Below, piece by piece: positions 9,709 to 17,227 of a stretch of DNA of 30,627 nt; position 1 is the first letter of the stretch; every line of letters starts with the position of its first letter. Position numbers and translations under genes: made by a program. The notes beneath the pieces are model-generated. The model searched no databases, was not told the DNA's origin, and saw only the letters and a program-made list of their open reading frames with translations. The stretch covers positions 1-30,627 of the IMG/VR virus record IMGVR_UViG_3300043391_001325; one strand, 5' to 3'. Source of the DNA: a virus. Lineage: Duplodnaviria; Caudoviricetes.

Positions 9709-10428
9709 GTCTTTAGACTCTAAAAGACCCTTGTATCTTTTTTGTTCATCAGACATATTCTCAATTGTTTTAATTAAGCTTTTCTTATCTATATCTTTTT
9801 CTTCAATAAGATATTGCCTTAAAACAAAAAGACAAAACTTTTTTTCAGGAAATCCAACGGTAACCTGTCTCTCTATTTTGATGAACACTTTTGGATCATG
9901 CTTATCAAACTTTTTAAATTCAAACATTGGATGATAGTTATACTTTCTCTCATAAACTACACTCCAAAGATATCTTTCAAATATACCGGAATTAATTATT
10001 GCACTAACTATTTTGTCACTATTTTTCAAGCTCATTGGAACTGGGGAGTGCAGCTCATCGAAAGACTTCCCTATCTTTTCGCTTGGATTCCAACTACTGG
10101 GAAGGCAAACATGACCACTAGCCATCCAATTTCTATCGTCTTTTGATCTGTGTATTATTAGATCTTCATCTATTTCCTTTGCTATATCCCTATATCTTTC
10201 ACTAGCCAATTTAATTGGATAGTTTTCTAATATGAATTTCTCACAATCTTTGTATATTTCCTCAGAAATTTCTTCTTCAAAGAAGAAACTCTGATTAGAC
10301 AAAGCAACTATTTTCTCTGCTTGAATAGAAGCGGACTCTGTTCTATCTGATTCAAAGACTTGATTTGGCTGGATCTTCTTTAAATCAGGTAATACACTAA
10401 ATCCTTTAGTATAAGCATGATTTACCAT
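9676..10428 (-). CDS. DUF3445 / heme-dependent oxidative N-demethylase alpha-subunit-like protein
   Basis: EDLII, VCLPSSWNPSEKIG..F.ELHSPVP, ER..WS, IERQ...FP....LF..R motifs. Confidence 0.75.
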   Translation of the reverse strand: MVNHAYTKGFSVLPDLKKIQPNQVFESDRTESASIQAEKIVALSNQSFFFEEEISEEIYKDCEKFILENYPIKLASERYRDIAKEIDEDLIIHRSKDDRNWMASGHVCLPSSWNPSEKIGKSFDELHSPVPMSLKNSDKIVSAIINSGIFERYLWSVVYERKYNYHPMFEFKKFDKHDPKVFIKIERQVTVGFPEKKFCLFVLRQYLIEEKDIDKKSLIKTIENMSDEQKRYKGLLESKDLLDYLGQNAS

Positions 10429-10904
10429 GCAACCTTTGCTATCCTGTGGGGTCTCTTTAATAATTTACCATCAATTAGTTTTTCGGCGGCCATCCAAATA
10501 TGACAGTAGCCAGAAGTTTTTTCTATACCATAGGCTATTATGCCGTTGCTATCTAATCTAAAAACTTTGAATTTACCACGATATCCCATTGATATTTTAT
10601 CAAGAGCTTTATTTTTACTCTTAGAGGAATTTTCTTCATCGTTTTCGGATTCATCATCCTCGTCGTCATATTCTTCTTCTAAGACTTTGATATTAGGATC
10701 GTAGTCCACTGGTTTCCATATCGGACCGCCACCCAGAACTTTAATTATATCTCCGTTCTGCAGCTCTTTCCAATTTACCTTGATTACCTTAGATTTTTCT
10801 TTCTTTATTTTGAATGCAAAACCGGCATCACAAAATTTACACCTTCTGGCTCTGACGCCGTTTTCTTTTTTGCATTTTTCACAAATTTTTTGTGGCATTT
10901 TCAA
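10422..10904 (-). CDS. Zn-ribbon-containing hypothetical protein
   Basis: CEKC...CKFC at the N-terminus; acidic insert. Confidence 0.65.
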   Translation of the reverse strand: MKMPQKICEKCKKENGVRARRCKFCDAGFAFKIKKEKSKVIKVNWKELQNGDIIKVLGGGPIWKPVDYDPNIKVLEEEYDDEDDESENDEENSSKSKNKALDKISMGYRGKFKVFRLDSNGIIAYGIEKTSGYCHIWMAAEKLIDGKLLKRPHRIAKVAW

Positions 10905-11182
10905 CCCTTTAAAATACTACTTTTTGGTATAACCAACCCACTTCCGTGTTCCGAGTTGTAGACGTTTTTGATATCATCATCAGGCTCGCAAGTCAATATC
11001 ACATGATCCTTGTGGATAGAATATTTTTCATCCTTTGAATACGGGATCAGAGGCATACTTGCAATTCCATTTTGAGTCATGAGAAATTTTTGAGGCTTTG
11101 TGAGGATGTAAAAATCGTCCTTAACCTCAAGTGTGCATATAAATTCTTCCCCACTAATCAGTTTTAAGACCTTGATATCCAT
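10901..11182 (-). CDS. Sm-like fold phage protein
   Basis: KVLKLISGEEFI...P...P.IPYS....I....VI...P.....Y....GSGLV.P, a pattern common in T4-like phages. Confidence 0.6.
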   Translation of the reverse strand: MDIKVLKLISGEEFICTLEVKDDFYILTKPQKFLMTQNGIASMPLIPYSKDEKYSIHKDHVILTCEPDDDIKNVYNSEHGSGLVIPKSSILKG

Positions 11183-11226
11183 TTAATTTCTTTCTATTTA
11201 AAGTTTAAATTATTCTGTTCATGGGT

Positions 11227-11255
11227 AAGATACACTATATTTTGGAGTTTTTCAA
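11227..11255 (-). promoter_or_regulatory. Sigma70-like promoter for the 11182-9676 operon
   Basis: Minus strand TTGAAA-17-TATCTT. Confidence 0.45.
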
Positions 11256-11266
11256 TAGCAATTATC

Positions 11267-11305
11267 TTTGTCATAAGTGCCTATTTTCAAAGGACTTATG
11301 ACAAA
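11267..11305. repeat. Inverted repeat, 12-bp arms, between divergent operons
   Basis: TTTGTCATAAGT-N15-ACTTATGACAAA; CCT/AGG extends the stem. Confidence 0.85.
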
Positions 11306-11404
11306 TTAATTATTTAATAATATTTAAACAGTAAAGTTGGTCCAAATAGATCTAAATACAATGGTGTTTTATTTCAGACTCAATTAAGATATAATAAGGG
11401 AATC

Positions 11405-11836
11405 ATGAAAATGAAAAATAAATATGCAGATTACAAAGATGTAGTTAAAATTCTTAAAAAGCATTGCCCTTTAGCATATGAAATCAGTGTTAGAAGAGTG
11501 GCAATGGGAAGATGTCTTGATGGAGATTGTGTAAAATATAGAAAGAAGTTCTTTATAAGGATAAACAGAGACTTACCAGAAGACACCGCTATAGACACTT
11601 TATTGCACGAATGGGCACACGCTAGAGCTTGGAATCACTTGTTGGATAATCTCGACAGTCAAGATAAGTTTGATGATTTCTCACATGATGCATCATGGGG
11701 AGTTGCATATAGTGAAGTTTACAGACTATATCAAAAGTATTTCTTATTAAGCAGTGACGGATTAAGCGACCCCAATCAAACAACAATGTGTAGCAAAAAA
11801 AAATATTGTAGTAGGGAAATAGATCAAGATATATGA
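11405..11836 (+). CDS. Small zincin-like (HExxH) metallopeptidase-fold protein
   Basis: IRIN...IDTLLHEWAH...SHDASWG (SprT/zincin-like spacing). Confidence 0.7.
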   Translation: MKMKNKYADYKDVVKILKKHCPLAYEISVRRVAMGRCLDGDCVKYRKKFFIRINRDLPEDTAIDTLLHEWAHARAWNHLLDNLDSQDKFDDFSHDASWGVAYSEVYRLYQKYFLLSSDGLSDPNQTTMCSKKKYCSREIDQDI

Positions 11837-12624
11837 ATTACTTTGTTTCTATTGAGAATTCTTGTTATCACGGTTGGCAGATAAATCTATTGATTGAGAG
11901 TTTTAAGGTATTAGGATTAGAAGATAATCTTTATATATCTGAAGCTCGATCTGATAAAGAATACATAACAAATAAGAATTTTCTAAATCATAATAAGAAA
12001 TATGTTCATGAAAACATAGGTAGAAAAGCCGATCTACTTAAATTGAATAAGTGGTCAGCTCTTTATACTCTTATTGAAAATAAAGCAATAACACTACCTT
12101 TAACGGTGTTGGACCCTGATGTGGTCATATACAAGGAAACAGAAATTCAAAATGAACAGTTAATCTTTTCAAACGATCCTAGCTTCGTATACAATAAGAG
12201 ATACAGCAAATTAATAAAAATGTCTGAGGAGAACAAGGATAAGTGGCCTAACCTCGGAGAAGTATTTATCTTCAATGATCTGCCTTTGAATTTCTTCAAA
12301 GATACAATGACATTTCTTCAAATAGCTGGATTGGATCCAAAGAAATATCAAGCGGATAAAGTTGCTTTATTTGCAGCCATGTGCAAGCACAAGGTCAATA
12401 GAGTATTGGGAACAGAGGAGATAGAAGGTAATCTCACAGAGCATAAAATAAAAAATATAATAAGCTATAGACACGGAGTAAACCCAATATTCAATAAAAA
12501 GCTATATAAAAATAATGGAATGAATTTCTCAATGGCAACCGATAGTGCAATTAATCTATTATCCAAAATGGAAAATACACCTTCTTTGGAATATGTTTCT
12601 AAGGTTGCCAAGAGATTATTATAG
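11833..12624 (+). CDS. GT-A glycosyltransferase resembling the peptidyl-serine galactosyltransferase / Hyp arabinosyltransferase (SGT1/HPAT) family
   Basis: FVSIENSCYHGWQINLLIESF, LNKWSAL and VLDPDVVI (DxD) parallel the S.EC..Y.DWQ..L..SF / NKP / ILDADMI motifs as I recall them. Confidence 0.55.
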   Translation: MNYFVSIENSCYHGWQINLLIESFKVLGLEDNLYISEARSDKEYITNKNFLNHNKKYVHENIGRKADLLKLNKWSALYTLIENKAITLPLTVLDPDVVIYKETEIQNEQLIFSNDPSFVYNKRYSKLIKMSEENKDKWPNLGEVFIFNDLPLNFFKDTMTFLQIAGLDPKKYQADKVALFAAMCKHKVNRVLGTEEIEGNLTEHKIKNIISYRHGVNPIFNKKLYKNNGMNFSMATDSAINLLSKMENTPSLEYVSKVAKRLL

Positions 12625-12909
12625 GCCCATAATTATAGTTTCAGGCTTATCATCTATCCAGACATCAATGTTTATTCCAAGTCTATCAACAATATCTTTT
12701 TTGGGAAGATGATTGCAGAACACAACGTCTTCTATTAATTCTAGAGAAGAGCCAAAGCTACCTTCTACTTCATCAATATTTCTTTGCTCTTCTGTGCGTG
12801 CTGTTACACAAAAAACTTTGTGACCTCTAGTTGTGGCTTTAAGAATAAACCACTTCCAAAATACGGGATCTTCCGTGAAAGTATCGTCAAAATCTAAAGA
12901 GAAAACCAT
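12619..12909 (-). CDS. Minimal HAD-superfamily hydrolase
   Basis: DFDDT (motif I), VTAR (II), K (III), WIDDKP (IV). Start re-called at 12909 (TAATG overlap, AAGGA SD). Confidence 0.8.
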   Translation of the reverse strand: MVFSLDFDDTFTEDPVFWKWFILKATTRGHKVFCVTARTEEQRNIDEVEGSFGSSLELIEDVVFCNHLPKKDIVDRLGINIDVWIDDKPETIIMGL

Positions 12910-13334
12910 TATATTCCTTTGAGTATTTGTCTGATCTCGTCCAAATCTTTTCTGCTGTCTTCCATCTGTTTTTCTAAAAATATAATCACCCAATAACTAT
13001 CAATGTTGTTTACTTTTTCAGCACCAGCTATTCTTTGATAATAATTATTTATAACCTCTTCTTCCATTTTTGCAGCATATTCAAGAATTTCTCTTGGGTC
13101 ACTTAAAGACGGAAATTCATTGACTTGTTTTGTTGGAATTCCACCCAATCCAACAATGAGATCTGAAAATTGAACAACATGCTGCATTTCGCTAGCTGCT
13201 TGTTCTACAAGCCATTCTTTATATTCTTTGGCATGTAGCCCGACTATATTGCTTGCATTATGCAGATAAAAACAATGATGCTTCCACTCGTTTTTAAGAT
13301 CTTGGTTTAGTTTTTCAACTATTGCGTTCATCAT
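12909..13334 (-). CDS. Ferritin-like (bacterioferritin/rubrerythrin-type) four-helix bundle
   Basis: LNQDLKNE, EMQH, LIVGLGG.P, MEEEVI..Y motifs. Confidence 0.8.
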   Translation of the reverse strand: MMNAIVEKLNQDLKNEWKHHCFYLHNASNIVGLHAKEYKEWLVEQAASEMQHVVQFSDLIVGLGGIPTKQVNEFPSLSDPREILEYAAKMEEEVINNYYQRIAGAEKVNNIDSYWVIIFLEKQMEDSRKDLDEIRQILKGI

Positions 13335-13421
13335 AAAAAATTTAGTTTCTATTTAAAAATTGAAGAAAAATTTAGACTAGAGTAGTATATAATCTATAAT
13401 CTTTTAATCAAGAGGAAAACG

Positions 13422-13949
13422 ATGAAAACATTTAACGAGTTTATTGAACAAAAAAATATAAACTTCCTAGTTGGAAGTATTGCTAATCTTATGGTTGAAA
13501 TGAATATCAATCCAGCCCAATATATTCTGGAGCACTCTCCCAACGTTGAGCTTGATGAAGGATTTATGGATGGTCTAAGGGCGTTTAAAAACAATGCTTG
13601 GAATGCTGTTAAACAATTCGGATCAAACGTTATGAAGGGTGGTGGCATACAAGGCGGCTATAAGCAAGCCATGGACACAATGGCTGGGCCTGCTACTAAG
13701 TTCGACTCAGCAGTTAGAGTTCTAACAGATCTTGCGAACCAACTGGAAAAAAACCCACAGACAGCAAGTTTTCCTTCCGCATCCAGCCCAGGAAGTCTTC
13801 TGCATGACTATCTTAAAAAGGTGCTCAGCGACCTGCAGAAGGAAAAAGACAACATGCCAAAGATGCAAAATGCCACTGTTACTCAAGGAATGGCTGCCTC
13901 TGCCGCTCCTCCTCCTGGTCCAGGAACTGGAGCTAGAACTACTCCTTGA
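13422..13949 (+). CDS. Hypothetical protein with capsid-targeting-like N-terminus
   Basis: MKTFNEFIE; GAGG SD; TATATA at 13386. Confidence 0.75.
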   Translation: MKTFNEFIEQKNINFLVGSIANLMVEMNINPAQYILEHSPNVELDEGFMDGLRAFKNNAWNAVKQFGSNVMKGGGIQGGYKQAMDTMAGPATKFDSAVRVLTDLANQLEKNPQTASFPSASSPGSLLHDYLKKVLSDLQKEKDNMPKMQNATVTQGMAASAAPPPGPGTGARTTP

Positions 13950-13970
13950 TCTTAAAAATTGGATGAGATA

Positions 13971-14456
13971 ATGAACTTTAATAAGCTTGATCAAATAATT
14001 CAAGAAGATAAGAATATCAATATAATTGCAAATTATATTGTGGAAAACAATGTTAATCTTGAAAGTTTTTTGGCCGAGACTCTTAATAAAGTTTCTTTAA
14101 CAATCCATGAGTCTGATAAAGCATTAATCAATGATTTATTAAATGAAATAGGCATTCCCGCTGATGTGGCAGCAGATCTTAAAGTAAAAGAGCAGAAACC
14201 AGGATTTTTCCAAAGACTCAGACAAAACTTTTCAAATGCTTGGAGTAATTTTAGAGGAAATGTGAACAACCCAGCGAGTGTTGTCAACATACTCAAAAAA
14301 GCTCAAGAATATCTCGGAAAACTGGAGTTAAAAGGTCAATATGCAGAGGAATTATCACAAATAGCAAAAGCTATTGAAGGAATAAAATCAAAACAACCCA
14401 CTACCACACTTGCTCCTGCGCCTGTTCCTGATGCTGCTGCATCTGCAACTCCTTGA
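13971..14456 (+). CDS. Hypothetical protein, probable paralog of 13422..13949
   Basis: Shared blocks IAN.(M/I)VE.N(I/V)N, GF...LR....NAW, and a Pro/Ala tail ending in TP. Start re-called to ATG 13971. Confidence 0.7.
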   Translation: MNFNKLDQIIQEDKNINIIANYIVENNVNLESFLAETLNKVSLTIHESDKALINDLLNEIGIPADVAADLKVKEQKPGFFQRLRQNFSNAWSNFRGNVNNPASVVNILKKAQEYLGKLELKGQYAEELSQIAKAIEGIKSKQPTTTLAPAPVPDAAASATP

Positions 14457-15018
14457 TTTTGAACCTATATTTTTCATAACACTCATTTGCTTTTTCAAGA
14501 ATAGTGTTACTGACGTTGAAGTCAGCAACACTATTTTCTTTTCTAATACTAAATTCTTCTTTTAAATCTAAGAACTCTTGAATTTTTTTGTAAGTATCAG
14601 GCAGAATAAACTCTTCATCAAAAAATACTTTAAAGTTTTGGCCCGGAGTTTTTCGTATCATTTCATAAATCTTACGAAGCCTAAAACAATAATAGTTCAA
14701 ACATGATTCTGGCGAGTATCTGTTACTCTCAACTAGACTTGGCATTACCAGTCTTGGTTTATTTACAAGATAGATAAATTTAGAGAAATTCAATAAAGGA
14801 GCAAAGCTGAATTGATGATTGTAATAGAGAGAGTCCATATAGATGTGAGGATTTTTCTTATAACCAATTCTAATGGAACCTAAAGAAAAAAAATTGCTCA
14901 TATCCTTATACAACTGCAGATCTATTTTTTGTATTCTCTTATTGGTGTTCAATGTATCAACTAAAACATTATTTTCTCTATAGTGTGTAATCACCAATAA
15001 TAGTTCTTTTTTCTGCAT
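14401..15018 (-). CDS. Possible degenerate sulfotransferase-fold protein
   Basis: LLVITH...LVDTLNTNKRI, KFIYLV..P...SL, F.EE....DT..KIQEFLDL layout; canonical PAPS residues are poorly conserved. Confidence 0.35.
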   Translation of the reverse strand: MQKKELLLVITHYRENNVLVDTLNTNKRIQKIDLQLYKDMSNFFSLGSIRIGYKKNPHIYMDSLYYNHQFSFAPLLNFSKFIYLVNKPRLVMPSLVESNRYSPESCLNYYCFRLRKIYEMIRKTPGQNFKVFFDEEFILPDTYKKIQEFLDLKEEFSIRKENSVADFNVSNTILEKANECYEKYRFKIKELQMQQHQEQAQEQVW

Positions 15019-15050
15019 AAAATAATAGAGAGAAAACAGTATATAAAAAT

Positions 15051-15608
15051 ATGCTCAACTTCAAAACATTCTTAGAAAATCTAGAGCATTCAAAAAATGA
15101 TGTTCACAAGATCGTTCAATATAGTGAAAAATTATTAGGTATGGTCAAACCTAAAGAGGAACTCGAAGATTGGGTTAAAGCAAAACTAACTCATACTGAG
15201 GATTATCTCAATACAGTTCTTGATTATTTAAAATACTACAAACAACAAAATGAAGATAATAACAGAATGGCTATGGGAGACCTAAGAAGTATTCATGAAA
15301 AAGCAAAAGAAATAGAAAAAATACTCGATAAAGAAAAAGAACTAAAGGACTGGATTAAATCAAAGATAAATCTGGCGGGTGAGTATATGGACGATGTGTT
15401 TCATCACCTGGACTACAATAAAAAAGAAGGATTCGTAAACCAGAGTATGCCAGACCCAGAAAATGAACGTGATCCAAAAGCAAGTGAAATATCTGCAGAT
15501 CCCTACATGAGTATGGATGATTTGCCGCCCACACCATTTTCCCGACGTCAGGAAAATCTGAAATACAGGGCAAAAATGAAGAAAAAAGCCGACCAATTCA
15601 AGAATTGA
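15051..15608 (+). CDS. Internally duplicated helical protein with capsid-targeting-like N-terminus
   Basis: MLNFKTFLE; two copies: ELEDWVKAKLTHTEDYLNTVLDYLKY and ELKDWIKSKINLAGEYMDDVFHHLDY. Confidence 0.75.
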   Translation: MLNFKTFLENLEHSKNDVHKIVQYSEKLLGMVKPKEELEDWVKAKLTHTEDYLNTVLDYLKYYKQQNEDNNRMAMGDLRSIHEKAKEIEKILDKEKELKDWIKSKINLAGEYMDDVFHHLDYNKKEGFVNQSMPDPENERDPKASEISADPYMSMDDLPPTPFSRRQENLKYRAKMKKKADQFKN

Positions 15609-15613
15609 TCGGC
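15582..15613 (-). terminator. Intrinsic terminator for the minus-strand 16296..15622 gene
   Basis: Minus strand GCCGATCAATT-CTTG-AATTGGTCGGC (one G.U) followed by TTTTTT. Confidence 0.7.
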
Positions 15614-15621
15614 CCTATTCG

Positions 15622-16296
15622 TTATCTTGGCATTAGAACATAGTCTTTACTATATTCTCCTTGCGACACATTCCTGTCTATTATCGGCAATTCTAATACC
15701 TTGTATTTATTCGGTATTATGTCTTCTTTTGCGTAGATGATAGCAGCCCATCCAGTCCACCTCTTATCAAACTCGTTCATACTCCAAGTTCTAATTTTGA
15801 GTTGGGGATCACTATTATTGATATATTTTACCACTCCAGCTCTTTCATCATAATGAACCATTGTCATCATGTGACCAGGAACAGCAAAAACAGCGCCTCT
15901 GCGTTCAGTTTGGCAGCCTTTTATCAACAATTCTCTATCACCCTTCGTCGTCATTTCGTAGTCAATTCCAAATCTTTCAAGCATAGCCTTAGCAGTGCTA
16001 GGGCCAGCATAACCTTGGTATTCTTTCATTCTTGTTATATCATACAACCGTGTTTCTTTAGCATACCTTGCAATTGTTTCGAAGCTGCACCAAACACACT
16101 GGATACCAGTTCTGTTTGGCACACGATCTTCGAACGATATAGGGACCTGAACATTAAAGAGATCGGTATCTTCCTCCCCTTCATAGCTAGCAACAGGGTT
16201 AATGTTACTAGCAAAAAGGGGGCTCGGATAAAGACAGTTTAACTGCCCGAAAATCCCTAAAAACAGAATTAATAAAACCCATGAAATCCTTTTCAT
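15622..16296 (-). CDS. Signal-peptide-bearing papain/C39-like cysteine peptidase
   Basis: Basic plus hydrophobic N-terminus; QCVWCS, GHMMTMVHYD, YINNSD (Cys-His-Asn/Asp order); AAGGAGG SD. Confidence 0.6.
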   Translation of the reverse strand: MKRISWVLLILFLGIFGQLNCLYPSPLFASNINPVASYEGEEDTDLFNVQVPISFEDRVPNRTGIQCVWCSFETIARYAKETRLYDITRMKEYQGYAGPSTAKAMLERFGIDYEMTTKGDRELLIKGCQTERRGAVFAVPGHMMTMVHYDERAGVVKYINNSDPQLKIRTWSMNEFDKRWTGWAAIIYAKEDIIPNKYKVLELPIIDRNVSQGEYSKDYVLMPR

Positions 16297-16355
16297 AGAT
16301 CCTCCTTGATCTATAATTATTTAGGGTTCTGGGTATCAAAAAATAATTTTAGGCT

Positions 16356-16631
16356 TTATTTTCCTTGGTTTGAAAGCTTCTTAAAAGCATTTAAAGATCT
16401 TGCAGGGTTTTTCATGAGATCACTAATGGCCTCATCACCCTTTTTAGTGTGTATTTTATCCCAAGCAGCCCTTCTGGTAGCTAGGCTATACTTCTTAAAT
16501 ACACTCTGAATCTTCTCTGCCAAATCCATTATGGCATCAATCTGATTCGTATAATCTTTATCTTTAGATTTCTTTTCAGAAGAATCTTTTTTAGCGCTTT
16601 CTGATAGAATATATTCTTTATAACTTTTCAA
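16356..16631 (-). CDS. Small protein with capsid-targeting-like N-terminus
   Basis: MKSYKEYILSE; TTG start directly after the upstream stop. Confidence 0.7.
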   Translation of the reverse strand: MKSYKEYILSESAKKDSSEKKSKDKDYTNQIDAIMDLAEKIQSVFKKYSLATRRAAWDKIHTKKGDEAISDLMKNPARSLNAFKKLSNQGK

Positions 16632-16994
16632 TTACATGCCTTTTGGTAGATAATTTGAATCATCGGCACTCATCGAACTGCTCATTGAATCATCATCTTT
16701 AGGTGCATCAGTCTCTTCTAAATGTTTCTTCGCAGCCATTTTGAGTCTTGGAAGATTAATGTTCTGGATTAATAGTTCCATCTCTGGGTTGTTTGAGGAA
16801 ATTGATCTTAAAGCACTCATAAATCTTGATGGATTGTCAGAAATTGCCATATCAACAACTCTCATTATGTGAGTAAGTTGCTCGGCTTCACTACTACTAA
16901 AGTTAGCTGAACCAAAAGTTGACTTACCAACATTCATACCCGTAACTTCAGAAACTGTTTTATTGTCTTTTAGATATTCTTGAAAACTTTTCAT
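16632..16994 (-). CDS. Small protein with capsid-targeting-like N-terminus
   Basis: MKSFQEYLKD; AAGGA SD; TATATA at 17035. Confidence 0.75.
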   Translation of the reverse strand: MKSFQEYLKDNKTVSEVTGMNVGKSTFGSANFSSSEAEQLTHIMRVVDMAISDNPSRFMSALRSISSNNPEMELLIQNINLPRLKMAAKKHLEETDAPKDDDSMSSSMSADDSNYLPKGM

Positions 16995-17227
16995 ATTTTT
17001 CCTTTTTTATTTTGTTTAAGCCGACACTAAAATGTATATATGTTTTTTTCGAAAAATTTTTAAAAGCAAAAGTGTATATACATTAAGGTTTTATTGAGGG
17101 TCGGAATGAACTCTTTGGATAAGATTATCCTAGAAGCCCACCAAAAGTGGGAGCATTCACTTAACAATATACTATACTAGTAATGGGCCTTTTTGCAAAA
17201 AACAAAATTATATTTAGGGAGAAACTA

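Noticed and set aside
17100-17160. Hammerhead ribozyme
   Set aside because: The three-stem shape lacks the CUGANGA and GAAA core.
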